Origin: an uncultured virus (IMG/VR IMGVR_UViG_3300037067_017589)
Taxonomy: Duplodnaviria; Heunggongvirae; Uroviricota; Caudoviricetes
IMG/VR virus record: IMGVR_UViG_3300037067_017589
DNA: 64,000 nt
Direction: 5' to 3' (one strand)
In this document: piece by piece, positions 38,222-49,111 of the stretch
Layout: every line of letters starts with the position of its first letter
Position numbering within the stretch: the stretch's first letter is position 1
Made by a program: the position numbers and the translations under genes
The notes under the pieces: model-generated
The model's database searches: none
What the model saw: only the letters and a program-made list of their open reading frames with translations
Told to the model about the DNA's origin: nothing

Positions 38222-40507
38222 ATGGTTAGACCAAGAGAAGAATTTTTAGGATCTATTACACAATTAGACGAAGATGGTAGTGGAACTGTAAATGCTAACA
38301 GTGCTATTTTTCAAAATGTTAATGGTATAGTTAATATTTCAAGAACAGTAGCTCCAACTACCGGTGCTCTTAAAGGTGCTTTTTGGGTAGATAATTCAAC
38401 ACCAACAAATCCAAAATTCACAGATAGTGTTGGAACTACTTTTACATTAGGTGGTGGTGGTGTTGCTAGTGGTGATTTATCTGGGAATTATCCTAATCCA
38501 AGTGTTATTGGTGGTCATTTTGGCCCGGGTATAAGTGCTGAATCTTTATTGTTTGATTATATAATTGAAGATGGTTATTTTTTAAAAAGATATGGTTCTA
38601 GTATAATTGGTATAGATCCTGAAAATATTATTTCTACAATAGTAGCAAGTGGAGATTTATCAGGAACTTATCCAAATCCAGAAGTTATTGCAGGTCATTT
38701 TAATTCTGAAAAATTATTATTTGATACTACAATTGATGATGGATATTTATTAATTAGATATGGTTCCAGTATAATTGGAAAAGATCCATTTAGTTTAACT
38801 TTTGGAACATCTGCTGGAGAAGATTTATCAGGAACTTATCCAAATCCAGAAGTTATTGCAGGTCATTTTAATTCTGAAAAATTATTATTTGATACTACAA
38901 TTAATGATGGATATTTATTAATTAGATATGGTTCTAGTATAATTGGATTAAATCCTGATGATATAGCTTTTATAGGAAATGCTGGAGAAGATCTGTCAGG
39001 AACTTATCCAAATCCAGAAGTTATTGCAGCTCATTTTAATTCTGAAAAATTATTATTTGATACTACAATTGATGATGGATATTTATTAATTAGATATGGT
39101 TCTAGTATAATTGGATTAAATCCTGATGATATAGCTTTTATAGGAAGTGCTGGAGAAGATCTATCAGGAACTTATCCAAATCCAGAAGTTATTTCAGCTC
39201 ATTTTAATTCTGAAAAATTATTATTTGATACTACAATTGATGATGGATATTTATTAATTAGATATGGTTCTAGTATAATTGGAATTAGTTATACAGAATT
39301 ATTTTCAAATGTAACTGCTAGTGGTGATTTATCTGAAAATTATCCAGATCCAAGTGTGATAGCAGGACACTTTAATAGTGAAAAATTATTATTTGGATCT
39401 GTTTCTGATAATAGTATATTAAAAAGAAGTGGTGATTATATAATTGGTATAAATGTTAATAATTTAGAAATATCAGGAAATGTAACTGGTACATTAGGTG
39501 ATACAACAGTTTCCATCTTAACATGTAATTCTGATGAACTTATTTTAAATACAATAGAAGATGGATATGTTTTTATTAGAGATGGTTATAATATAATTGG
39601 TAAAAACCCAATTGATTTATTAAATTTTATGGCACTTGATGGATATATTCCTATAAATGAAATATTACCTGTAACATCATTTGGACAAACAATATTTACA
39701 TTATTAGATATTCCTTTAAGAAATGAAATTCAATTTTTTATAAATGGTCAAAAACAAGATCCATCAGATTATTCAATTATTGGAACACAATTAACTTGGA
39801 ATGGAATTTTAGTAATAGAAGAAACTGATTTAATTGATATTTCTTATTTTAAACTTGTTGTTAATAATGGTGGTTTTATAATTTCTGGACAAAATTTAGC
39901 TAGCACATTATATGCTGGAAATAATACTAATGGAAATAATATAGAAATTACAAATGGAGATTATATAACAAGTTCATCTGGACCAGTTGTAATTAATACA
40001 GATGGTTATATAAATGGTAATTTAACAGTTTCCGGATTAGTATTAAAAACATCATCAGTTAATCCAAATATTGAAACAAATCAATTAACATTATGGGTTA
40101 ATGAAATTGATGAAACTGTACGTTTAGATGGATATTATATATTACCAAAGAAAGAGGAATTTTCTTTTGATATTTTACCTACAGAATCTGGTATATGTAC
40201 TGGTTTTAATGCTTTTGGATTATCTGATAATTCTGCAACATGGGTTAAAGTTAACATAATTTGTTACAGACCTTTAAATACAGAAGCTGGTATAACATAT
40301 GCTGATTATAATTTGGTAATTAAAAAAGGTTATGCACATTCTTATGAAATTATTTATAATGATGAAATATTTAAAACAGGGACTACTGAACTATTTAGTA
40401 TAACTGCTGGTTTTGATGTTGATAATATAAATATTATTATTACAAATGATGATATAAGTGATACTTTGCATTTTGCTGGATATTGTGACTTTGGAATTAT
40501 TAGATAA
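38222..40507 (+). CDS. virion fibre/decoration protein with 56-aa repeats
   Basis: six (G/E)DLSG.YPNP.V units; FINGQKQDP.DY domain. Confidence 0.75.
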   Translation: MVRPREEFLGSITQLDEDGSGTVNANSAIFQNVNGIVNISRTVAPTTGALKGAFWVDNSTPTNPKFTDSVGTTFTLGGGGVASGDLSGNYPNPSVIGGHFGPGISAESLLFDYIIEDGYFLKRYGSSIIGIDPENIISTIVASGDLSGTYPNPEVIAGHFNSEKLLFDTTIDDGYLLIRYGSSIIGKDPFSLTFGTSAGEDLSGTYPNPEVIAGHFNSEKLLFDTTINDGYLLIRYGSSIIGLNPDDIAFIGNAGEDLSGTYPNPEVIAAHFNSEKLLFDTTIDDGYLLIRYGSSIIGLNPDDIAFIGSAGEDLSGTYPNPEVISAHFNSEKLLFDTTIDDGYLLIRYGSSIIGISYTELFSNVTASGDLSENYPDPSVIAGHFNSEKLLFGSVSDNSILKRSGDYIIGINVNNLEISGNVTGTLGDTTVSILTCNSDELILNTIEDGYVFIRDGYNIIGKNPIDLLNFMALDGYIPINEILPVTSFGQTIFTLLDIPLRNEIQFFINGQKQDPSDYSIIGTQLTWNGILVIEETDLIDISYFKLVVNNGGFIISGQNLASTLYAGNNTNGNNIEITNGDYITSSSGPVVINTDGYINGNLTVSGLVLKTSSVNPNIETNQLTLWVNEIDETVRLDGYYILPKKEEFSFDILPTESGICTGFNAFGLSDNSATWVKVNIICYRPLNTEAGITYADYNLVIKKGYAHSYEIIYNDEIFKTGTTELFSITAGFDVDNINIIITNDDISDTLHFAGYCDFGIIR
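38465..39450 (+). repeat. 168-bp coding tandem repeat, about 6 units (middle four nearly identical)
   Basis: Asp codon of DLS at 38474, 38654, 38822, 38990, 39158, 39326. Confidence 0.92.
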
Positions 40508-40515
40508 AGGTATTT

Positions 40516-43500
40516 ATGGTAAAAATTAGAGAAGAACAACTTGGCTCAATTAATATTCTTGATACAGATGGTTATGGTACTGTAAATGCTAATAATTCAG
40601 TTATTAATAATCTATCAACTCCGATAGAAAATAATGATGCTGTAAACAAATCATATGTTGATATAAATCATCCAACATTATCTAAAACTTTAAATATTGG
40701 TAATGATGCTGATGGTTATGATATTTTAAATATAAATTTTATTACAGCTCAGGATGGATATTTTAATAATGATTTAGAAATTATTGGAAAACTAACAGTT
40801 GGAGGATTAATAGATCCAACTGGTATTATTTTAAACAATCAATATTCAAAACCTGGAGAAATTTCATATATCGGAAAAACTACTATTTGGACAAATATTG
40901 ATGGATATTTAGTAGTATCAAATGATTTTGATAAAGAATTTATAATTTCAGAAAATACATTAAAAAATCCAACAATGATTGAAAATGGTTATGTTGCAAT
41001 TTCTTATAATGAAAATTTAAAATTTATAAGTGGAGAAAATGATGGTTATATTCTTACTTGGAATTCATACGAAAATACCTGGGAATCAAGATCACCACGC
41101 ATACAAAATATAGAAGAAATATTAACATATAATGATAATGCTAATGGTTCAGATCTTATAAATATTAATAATTTTATTTCATATAATATATATGCTGATG
41201 ATGGATATATTACAAATAATTTAATTGTTAGAGATGTAAATATATTAAATCATTTTTTAAGACATGAAAAAGATGGAGATGATGAAATAGAAATATCTAA
41301 TTTAAGTACTTTAAATATAAATAAATATTTATGTTTAAGACCAAATGGTAGTGGTGGTGTTGAATGGTGTAATGATGGATATATAATAACACCAAATTCG
41401 ACAACTAATAATGCTATTATTCGTTGGAATGGAATTAATGGTTATATTATTAAAAATAGTAATATAATTATAGATGATGATAATAATTTATCTGGAATTA
41501 ATTCTATAACAGCAATTGATGGATATTTTACTAATTTTTCAATTAATGGTAAAATGAAAACAGCACTTGATATGGGAAATTATTCTATATCAAATATAAC
41601 TACAATAGGCTCTACTTATTTAACTACAACAGCTAGAGAAGCAACTTTCAATTTTGGTTCCAATGATATTATTGTTGGAGATGGTTATGTAAAAGCACAA
41701 ACAGGATTACAATTATATATTGATAATTCTTCTGAATTATCATTAAATGATACTCAATTTTATCCAACTACTGATTCTCATACTGCTCTTGGTACTACTG
41801 ATTTACGTTGGGCTGATTTATATTCAGATGCTGCTACAATTACAACATTAACTGATTGTACAACAGCAACAATATCTACACTAAACATTAATACTGGAAT
41901 TTATCCTGATACAGATGGTGGAGCAGTATTAGGGTCTACAACAAAACATTTTACTAATTTATATGCAGAGTCTTTTAATATAGATAATACTACTGTAAAT
42001 GCTAGTACCTCAGTTTATATAACTTGTGATGATGGATATTATTCTATCTTAAATTTAGGATCTGTTGGTAATACTGATAATAATGTTATTTATAGTTTTA
42101 ATAGTGCAACACCATCAGCATCTTTTATAAGATTTAGAGTAGATGATTCTTATGCATTAACTTTATATGATAATATTCTTCATCCATATTCTAACAATTT
42201 ATTAGATCTTGGAGCTTCATCATTTAGATGGAATAATATATATGGTACAATATTAAATCTAAATGGTGCAATTTCAGGAGTAACTACAATAGGCTCTACT
42301 TATTTAACTACAACAACTAGAGAAGCAACTTTTAATTTTGGTTCTAATGATATTATTATTGGAGATGGTTATGTAAAAGCACAAACATCTTTAACTACTT
42401 ATATTGGATCTATTAAAAAATTAAATTTAACCAATTATTCTTTATATTCTTATACATCAAATGAATTAAGTTTAGGTACACCTTTAAATTATTGGATGGA
42501 TGGATATTTTAGTCGTATAACAATGCCAAATAATATTTCTATTGGTAATGAGGCTTGTGTATCAAGCACTATTGCTGGATTAATTGGAATTGGATATCAA
42601 GCTGCAAAATTAAGTACAGTTCCTGCAATTGCAATTGGTTATCAAACTCTTAGTTCAAATACAACAGGTGCTGCAAATATAGGTATAGGATATTATGCTT
42701 TAAAATCTAATGCAACTGGTATTGGAAATATTGCTATTGGACATAATGCTGGAAATTTAATAACATCAAGTTATAATATATCAATTGGTTATAAAGCAGC
42801 TGAATTATTAAGCAGCGGAGCAGAAAGTATAGCAATTGGTTATAGTTCACTTTCAAAAGTAACAACAGGAACTAAAAATACATCTATTGGATATGGTGCT
42901 GGTGCAAATACAACTTCATCATCTAATACATTTATTGGAAATAATACATGTATTGCATTAACAAGTGGTACAGCAACTGCTGTTGGTTATAATGTTCTTT
43001 CAAAAGTAACAACGGCAGTAGAAAATACAGCTATGGGATATGGTGCTGGTGCAAATGCAATTTTAACTTCATCATATAATACATTAATGGGTTATTCTGT
43101 TTGTCAAACATTACAAACAGGAGATAAAAACACAGCAATTGGAAATAATTCACTTTTTTCTCTAAGTACAGGAAGTAGAAATACATCACTTGGATTTAAA
43201 ACAGGATATTTTATACATGATGGATATGATAATGTTGCTATTGGTTATGATGCATTGTATAATAATACAAATTCAGTAAACAGAATAAGTAATAATGTTG
43301 CAATTGGAAGTTTTTCTGGTGGTAATATAATATCAAATGGAAACACTTTAATTGGATTTCAAGCTGGTGATGAATTAATAGACGGATATAATAATACAGC
43401 TATTGGATATAATGCATTTGGTTCAACTACTTCATATTTTAATAGTACTTGTATTGGTGCTAATTCAATTGTTTCAGGAAGTTGTCAAATACAATTAGGC

Positions 43501-43902
43501 GATTCAACAACTACAACTTATGTTTATGGAGCTGTACAAGATCGTTCAGATATTAGAGATAAAGCTGATGTTAGAAATACTGTATTAGGTCTTAAATTTA
43601 TAAATAAACTCCGCCCTGTAGATTTTAAATGGGATTATAGAGAAGATTATATTGTAAATAAAGATAATTCAAAAAAGAGAAATAGATATCATCACGGATT
43701 AATTGCTCAAGAAGTAAAATTAGTATGTGATGAATTAGGAGTTGATTTTGGTGGTTATCAAGATCATTCTATTAATAATGGAAGAGATATTAAAACACTA
43801 GGATATAGTGAATTTATATCAGTATTAATTAAAGCTGTTCAAGAACAACAAATTATAATTGAAAATTTAAAAACAAGAATACAATTATTAGAAGAAAAAT
43901 AA
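40516..43902 (+). CDS. tail fibre protein with NTAIG beta-roll repeats and S74 chaperone
   Basis: DAVNKSYVD, N.AIG..A repeats, RSDIRDK, LRPVDF.W, HHGLIAQEV, L.KAVQE coiled coil. Confidence 0.88.
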   Translation: MVKIREEQLGSINILDTDGYGTVNANNSVINNLSTPIENNDAVNKSYVDINHPTLSKTLNIGNDADGYDILNINFITAQDGYFNNDLEIIGKLTVGGLIDPTGIILNNQYSKPGEISYIGKTTIWTNIDGYLVVSNDFDKEFIISENTLKNPTMIENGYVAISYNENLKFISGENDGYILTWNSYENTWESRSPRIQNIEEILTYNDNANGSDLININNFISYNIYADDGYITNNLIVRDVNILNHFLRHEKDGDDEIEISNLSTLNINKYLCLRPNGSGGVEWCNDGYIITPNSTTNNAIIRWNGINGYIIKNSNIIIDDDNNLSGINSITAIDGYFTNFSINGKMKTALDMGNYSISNITTIGSTYLTTTAREATFNFGSNDIIVGDGYVKAQTGLQLYIDNSSELSLNDTQFYPTTDSHTALGTTDLRWADLYSDAATITTLTDCTTATISTLNINTGIYPDTDGGAVLGSTTKHFTNLYAESFNIDNTTVNASTSVYITCDDGYYSILNLGSVGNTDNNVIYSFNSATPSASFIRFRVDDSYALTLYDNILHPYSNNLLDLGASSFRWNNIYGTILNLNGAISGVTTIGSTYLTTTTREATFNFGSNDIIIGDGYVKAQTSLTTYIGSIKKLNLTNYSLYSYTSNELSLGTPLNYWMDGYFSRITMPNNISIGNEACVSSTIAGLIGIGYQAAKLSTVPAIAIGYQTLSSNTTGAANIGIGYYALKSNATGIGNIAIGHNAGNLITSSYNISIGYKAAELLSSGAESIAIGYSSLSKVTTGTKNTSIGYGAGANTTSSSNTFIGNNTCIALTSGTATAVGYNVLSKVTTAVENTAMGYGAGANAILTSSYNTLMGYSVCQTLQTGDKNTAIGNNSLFSLSTGSRNTSLGFKTGYFIHDGYDNVAIGYDALYNNTNSVNRISNNVAIGSFSGGNIISNGNTLIGFQAGDELIDGYNNTAIGYNAFGSTTSYFNSTCIGANSIVSGSCQIQLGDSTTTTYVYGAVQDRSDIRDKADVRNTVLGLKFINKLRPVDFKWDYREDYIVNKDNSKKRNRYHHGLIAQEVKLVCDELGVDFGGYQDHSINNGRDIKTLGYSEFISVLIKAVQEQQIIIENLKTRIQLLEEK

Positions 43903-43918
43903 ATAGAGGTATTTTAAT

Positions 43919-44200
43919 ATGACTGAAACAAAAGGAAAAGATTTTAACTATTTTAAAACAGTAACTGCTGTAGGAAGTTGGACAATAGATCCACAAGTAC
44001 TTGTAACATTTCGTGGAGCTAGACGTATAATGTTTGTAGGAATTACTGGAGATAATGTTGAATATTCTTTTAATGGTGTAACAACTCATGGAAGAATTAG
44101 TGCAGATCAAATATTTAATTTTGATTTAAGAAACGAAGATAAAATTTGGTTTAAAGGAACTGGTACTGTAGATGTGCATATTTGGCATGCTGGTTGTTAA
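43919..44200 (+). CDS. small hypothetical beta-rich protein, probably virion-associated
   Basis: 93 aa, GAGG RBS. Confidence 0.7.
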   Translation: MTETKGKDFNYFKTVTAVGSWTIDPQVLVTFRGARRIMFVGITGDNVEYSFNGVTTHGRISADQIFNFDLRNEDKIWFKGTGTVDVHIWHAGC

Positions 44201-44289
44201 TAAATTAGCTAAAAAAAAACAAAAAACAAAAACAATACAATACATAACTTAATTGTTAATGATATATTATTTATTAACAAAGAGTTATT

Positions 44290-45408
44290 ATGCGAATTAA
44301 AATACAACAATTTCTATTTTTTAAATCACACTCGTGGGCAGTTGTAGGTCAAAATTTAGGGCGAGCATTTATTAAACAAGGACATGATGTAGAATTTATA
44401 TCTACAGATGGAATTGATTATAGATTTTTACCAAAAGATTTAATTCCTTTTGTTCGAGATAGGCCAAATGGAATTTATGATATGCAATTAAGTTATACTG
44501 CACCACATAATTGGCCAAATTATACTTCCAATGGAATAAAACGACGTTATGCAATTTGGAATTATGAATATAATTCTAAACAATTTGATAATAAATCTTT
44601 TTCACTATTACATGGTTTTGGTAAATATTATAAATCTGTAGATTATGTACTTCCATCTTCTAATTTTACCAAAGATGTATTTTTAAATATGAAAATTCCT
44701 GAAAATAAAATGATTGTAATTCCTCATGGAATTAATTTAGAAGATTATACCAAAGATGAAGTTTGGAGTTTAAAAACAAAGAAAAATAAAAAGATTTTAC
44801 TAAATGTAGCACAACCTCATCTTAGAAAAGCATTACATTTAGCTTTAGAAGCTTTTGGCAAAGCTTTTACCAAAAAAGATGATGTATGTTTAGTTGCAAA
44901 AATATTTAAACAAAATAAAACAAATCATCCATTTGATGTTGATTTTAATCAAATTTACAAAGAATTTGAACATAAATTTCCAAATCATGCAGAAGTTGAA
45001 TTTGTTTTTGATTATATTACAAATATAGCTAGTATTTATAAAGCTTGTGATATTAATTTTTCAGCTACACATACTGAATGTTGGCATTTACCTTCACTTG
45101 AAGCATTAGCTTGTGGATTAATAAATATTGTTCCTAGATATGGTGGAATTTTGGATTTCTGTAATAATACAAATTCTTTATTAATAGATGGATCTGTTAA
45201 ACGTGCTCCAAAAAATCACCAGTATTGGGAATCAAACCCATTTGCTGTGCATTTTGTTATTAACACAGATGATGCTGCAAAGAAATTAAAATTAGCAGTT
45301 GAACAATATGATCACTTAAAATCTTTATTTTCACAAAATATGAAAACTACTTCAGAAAAATTTACATGGGATTTAGCAGCAAAACAAATATTATCAATTG
45401 ATTCTTAA
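44290..45408 (+). CDS. GT4-family glycosyltransferase
   Basis: PS.FTK, VIPHGI, RKAL, ECWHLPSLEALACG. Confidence 0.88.
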   Translation: MRIKIQQFLFFKSHSWAVVGQNLGRAFIKQGHDVEFISTDGIDYRFLPKDLIPFVRDRPNGIYDMQLSYTAPHNWPNYTSNGIKRRYAIWNYEYNSKQFDNKSFSLLHGFGKYYKSVDYVLPSSNFTKDVFLNMKIPENKMIVIPHGINLEDYTKDEVWSLKTKKNKKILLNVAQPHLRKALHLALEAFGKAFTKKDDVCLVAKIFKQNKTNHPFDVDFNQIYKEFEHKFPNHAEVEFVFDYITNIASIYKACDINFSATHTECWHLPSLEALACGLINIVPRYGGILDFCNNTNSLLIDGSVKRAPKNHQYWESNPFAVHFVINTDDAAKKLKLAVEQYDHLKSLFSQNMKTTSEKFTWDLAAKQILSIDS

Positions 45409-45787
45409 TCTTTTATATTTTCTGATAAAATATATTAGTAAGGAAAATAAATAGATAACTGATTAATAATAAAAATGTATTATTTCTGTAAATTATTTGG
45501 GTTCATTTGAATTTCTATACTACTATAATTTATACAAAATTTCTATTATATATGTTTTAAAATTGAATAATATTTTTTTTGTTAAATTAATATTATATTA
45601 TTTTGCAAACAGAATTAATTTTGCTAAATTAAATACTTATTTTTTCTGGTAAAATATTTCACAAGGCGAAAATTAATAAATTATAATATCATCTTTAATA
45701 TTAAACTAATGAAAATATCAACCCAATTCCTACTTTTACGATTTATTAATCGATAAATAAATTAAAAAAGCTACCCTAGTATATATT

Positions 45788-45829
45788 TATTATAGTATTA
45801 TAGTATTATAGTATTATAGTATTATAGTA
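45788..45829. repeat. 8-bp tandem repeat x5 upstream of a GT2 gene
   Basis: (TATTATAG)5 just before the GAGG RBS. Confidence 0.92.
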
Positions 45830-45846
45830 GCAAGAGGTGTGCCAAT

Positions 45847-46560
45847 ATGAACAGTTCAAATGAAAAAAAGTTAGCGATAGTGATTCCAGTTTTTAATAAT
45901 TTTCAATATACAAATAATACATTGAATAGTTTATCTAAATTACCTTCATCTCACATAATTATATTAGTTGATAATAATAGTACTGATAATACTAAATTAT
46001 TAAATTCAACAGATAAAATTAAAATCATTAGAAATAATATTAATCTTGGATTTGGAAAAGCGTGTAATCAAGGATTTATTTTAAGTAAAGAATTAGGATA
46101 TGAAAATATTATGTTCTTAAATAATGATATTAAAATTATTGATAAAGAAAATTGTTGGACTAATGATATTATTTCAGAATGCAAAAAAGGATTAATAGTT
46201 GGACCAACAATTGGTTGTTTAGATAATAATTTTCAATTTATTTGTGAATCAAGTAAATTTCCTTCACGAGGATTTTGGTATATGAGCGGATGGTGTATTT
46301 CCGCCTCAGCAAATATATGGGATAAATTAATTATTCAAAATGAAGAAGGTCCATTTTTTACTAAATTTTTTGCATATTTTGAAGATACAGATCTTTCTTT
46401 TAGAGCAAAAATACTTGGAATTCATTTTTTAATAATTAATATTCCGGTAAAACATATTGGTCGAGTTACAGGAAAAAAGCTTAATTTAGGGGATATGTAT
46501 CTAAAATCACGTAATATATTTATTCAACTATGGAGTAATCGAAAATCGGAGCTTGCATGA
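45847..46560 (+). CDS. GT2-family glycosyltransferase
   Basis: IVIPVFN, VDNNSTD, NLGFGKACNQG, FLNND, YFEDTDL. Confidence 0.92.
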   Translation: MNSSNEKKLAIVIPVFNNFQYTNNTLNSLSKLPSSHIIILVDNNSTDNTKLLNSTDKIKIIRNNINLGFGKACNQGFILSKELGYENIMFLNNDIKIIDKENCWTNDIISECKKGLIVGPTIGCLDNNFQFICESSKFPSRGFWYMSGWCISASANIWDKLIIQNEEGPFFTKFFAYFEDTDLSFRAKILGIHFLIINIPVKHIGRVTGKKLNLGDMYLKSRNIFIQLWSNRKSELA

Positions 46561-47345
46561 AATTAAAAATACTTACACTACATTGGAATCAAATAGACAT
46601 GCTCCGTAGGCTGCATAAGACTCTAATCCCATCTCTGAGCTATTTAGATTATTGTTGGCATATTAAAGATAATGGATCTAAGGATGGATCGGATCAGTTT
46701 TTAAAATCGATCGAATCAAATCGAATTAAAACATATTTTTGCGGTCATAATAGAAATTCATTTTCATCTGGAATGAATATTTTATTTGATAGAATTAAAC
46801 CAGATGATAATGATTTAATTCTATTATTAAATAATGATCTTTGGTTTGGAGATAATTCATCAATTGATAATATGATTTCTTTATTTAAAAGTGATGTAGG
46901 TATAGTTGGAAGTCGTATTTTATATCCAAATAGTAATTTATTACAACATGCTGGAATATATTTTTCAAAAAAATATAATTACATTCCATACAATTTTCGT
47001 CACGGTGAAAAGGACGATGATAAATCTAGAAGTAATAATGAAGCTGAAGCAGTAACAGCAGCTTGTATGTTAACAAAAGCTGAATATTTTAGAAAAGTTT
47101 GCACTACAAATATTAGTGGTTTAAATGGATTTTCAGAAAAATATTTTTGGTGTTTTGAAGATGTTGATTTTAATTTATCTGTAAAATATAATCTTAATAA
47201 AAAAATTATGTATTGTGGAAAAACTAAGATATTTCATGAAGAAAGTGCATCATTAAAGAAAAATCCTGTTAATAAAATAATGTGGAATCATAATTTAAAG
47301 ACATTTAAAAATAAATGGGATGGAAAATTCAATAAAGCAGATTAG
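46557..47345 (+). CDS. GT2-family glycosyltransferase
   Basis: DNGSKD, LLNND, VTAACM, FEDVDF, HEESAS. Confidence 0.9.
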   Translation: MKLKILTLHWNQIDMLRRLHKTLIPSLSYLDYCWHIKDNGSKDGSDQFLKSIESNRIKTYFCGHNRNSFSSGMNILFDRIKPDDNDLILLLNNDLWFGDNSSIDNMISLFKSDVGIVGSRILYPNSNLLQHAGIYFSKKYNYIPYNFRHGEKDDDKSRSNNEAEAVTAACMLTKAEYFRKVCTTNISGLNGFSEKYFWCFEDVDFNLSVKYNLNKKIMYCGKTKIFHEESASLKKNPVNKIMWNHNLKTFKNKWDGKFNKAD

Positions 47346-47402
47346 TTTGTTAAACCCCTAACTCTCTTTTTTAATTAATAAAAAATAAAATCAATTTACA
47401 AA

Positions 47403-48374
47403 ATGTCACGTAAAAAAATAAAATATAAATCCAAATTTTTTCCATTTTCAGCTGGAATTCCATGGAAAATTGAACGTGGTAAATATATTATTCCAGAAAT
47501 TGATGGACAAATTTGGAATGATGTTTTAAAAGATAAACATATTATAATAACGGCATTTGGTGGAATATTAGAATCTTTCATTTCATTATGTGCAGCTGAA
47601 GCTATTAAACATACAGTAAATAATAATAAATTATCATGGATTGGAAATTTTGAGTATTATGATTTTGTAAAATTTCAAGGATTATGTACATTAAGTAATA
47701 TAAAAATTACAGAGGAAAATTTAAAAAATTATCCAGTTCCAATATTTTTTGATAAAAATGATAATGCTTATTTTAATATATTAAATAATTATTTAATTCG
47801 AAATAGTTATTGGGGTAAATATCCTGAAAAAATTAATCTTCCAATTTTTGAACAAATATATAAAAACGTTTTAATTCCATGGAATAATTATACTCCAAAT
47901 CTCAGATATTTAGGTACAGAATTTATAGATAATTTATATAAAACTGGAAAATTTAATTCTAATAAAACTAAAATAATTTCAATTATTTTAAATGATTGCG
48001 ATAATAATATGTTAGATTGGAATATTCATAATATAAAAGAATTTGCACAATTAGTATCAAATAAAGGATTTAAGGTAGTATTATTTACAAAATATATATA
48101 TAGTTTTTATGGATCAAATATAAATATATATAAATATGATTTTAAAAATATAATGCAAACAGTAATAAAATCATGGATGGTATTATCAAATGATATAAAT
48201 TGGTTAATAATATCTATGATGATTTCTAAATCGAAATTAATATCTAGAAAAATTAATGGTCCATTGGATTTATTAAAAAATGCCGAGTCACTTGGTATTG
48301 AGAATGATATATTTGTATATACAAAATGGATATCTCCAATAGATGTTTTTAATATATGCGAAGGTTTTATATGA
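47403..48374 (+). CDS. hypothetical protein, possibly a divergent GT-B (GT9-like) fold
   Basis: FGGILESF, W....KEFA.L...GF, V.SND loosely match GT9; context. Confidence 0.4.
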   Translation: MSRKKIKYKSKFFPFSAGIPWKIERGKYIIPEIDGQIWNDVLKDKHIIITAFGGILESFISLCAAEAIKHTVNNNKLSWIGNFEYYDFVKFQGLCTLSNIKITEENLKNYPVPIFFDKNDNAYFNILNNYLIRNSYWGKYPEKINLPIFEQIYKNVLIPWNNYTPNLRYLGTEFIDNLYKTGKFNSNKTKIISIILNDCDNNMLDWNIHNIKEFAQLVSNKGFKVVLFTKYIYSFYGSNINIYKYDFKNIMQTVIKSWMVLSNDINWLIISMMISKSKLISRKINGPLDLLKNAESLGIENDIFVYTKWISPIDVFNICEGFI

Positions 48375-49111
48375 TAAATACTACATTAATGATGGTAACT
48401 TATAACAGATTAAATTTAACAAAAGAAACATTAGATGATTTACTAAATACTGTTAATCGTCCATATAATTTAGTAATTATTGATAATGGTTCAACTGATG
48501 GAACTATTAATTATCTTAATACTTTACAAGATACAGAAAATGTTAAATATCATATTAATCTTGTTAATTCTAATAAAGGTATTGCTGTTGGCCGTAATAT
48601 AGGTTTGAAAAAAGCAGATGAATTAAATACACAATGGTATTGTACAATTGATAATGATGTTAAAATGCCAAATGGATGGTTAGATGAATGTATTAATATA
48701 TTAATTGCTAATAAAGGATTTGCAGCTATTGGTGTAAATTTTGAAGATACTAAATATACAGTTATTACAAAAAATGGATATTCATTCCAAGATAAACCAC
48801 ATGGCAATTTAGGTACTGCATGTATGGTTTTTACAAAACAGTTACATAAAATGCTTGGATTTTTTAATACAGAATATGGAATTTATGGAGAGGAAGATGC
48901 TGATTTTGGAGTTAGAACTCGTGTTTTAGGATTTAAAATTGGTTATATTGAAAGAATGGGTAATCATTTAGGTAGTGGATTAAATGATATTGGTAAATAT
49001 AGAGATTTTAAAACTAAACAACATAATGATAATTTCCCACAATTTAGAAAAAATTGTGGACTATATTCTCAAAAACAAAAACAATTATTTATTCCATATA
49101 AAGAATTATAA
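48356..49111 (+). CDS. GT2-family glycosyltransferase
   Basis: VTYNR, IDNGSTDGT, NKGIAVGRN, IDND, YGEEDAD. Confidence 0.92.
   Translation: MRRFYMINTTLMMVTYNRLNLTKETLDDLLNTVNRPYNLVIIDNGSTDGTINYLNTLQDTENVKYHINLVNSNKGIAVGRNIGLKKADELNTQWYCTIDNDVKMPNGWLDECINILIANKGFAAIGVNFEDTKYTVITKNGYSFQDKPHGNLGTACMVFTKQLHKMLGFFNTEYGIYGEEDADFGVRTRVLGFKIGYIERMGNHLGSGLNDIGKYRDFKTKQHNDNFPQFRKNCGLYSQKQKQLFIPYKEL

Noticed and set aside
34301..43902. Diversity-generating retroelement acting on the fibres
   Set aside because: No reverse transcriptase, and no template/variable repeat pair with adenine-specific mismatches was seen.
45409..45780. Decayed membrane-protein gene on the minus strand
   Set aside because: Multiple stops and no recognisable motif; the hydrophobic look is expected from AT richness.
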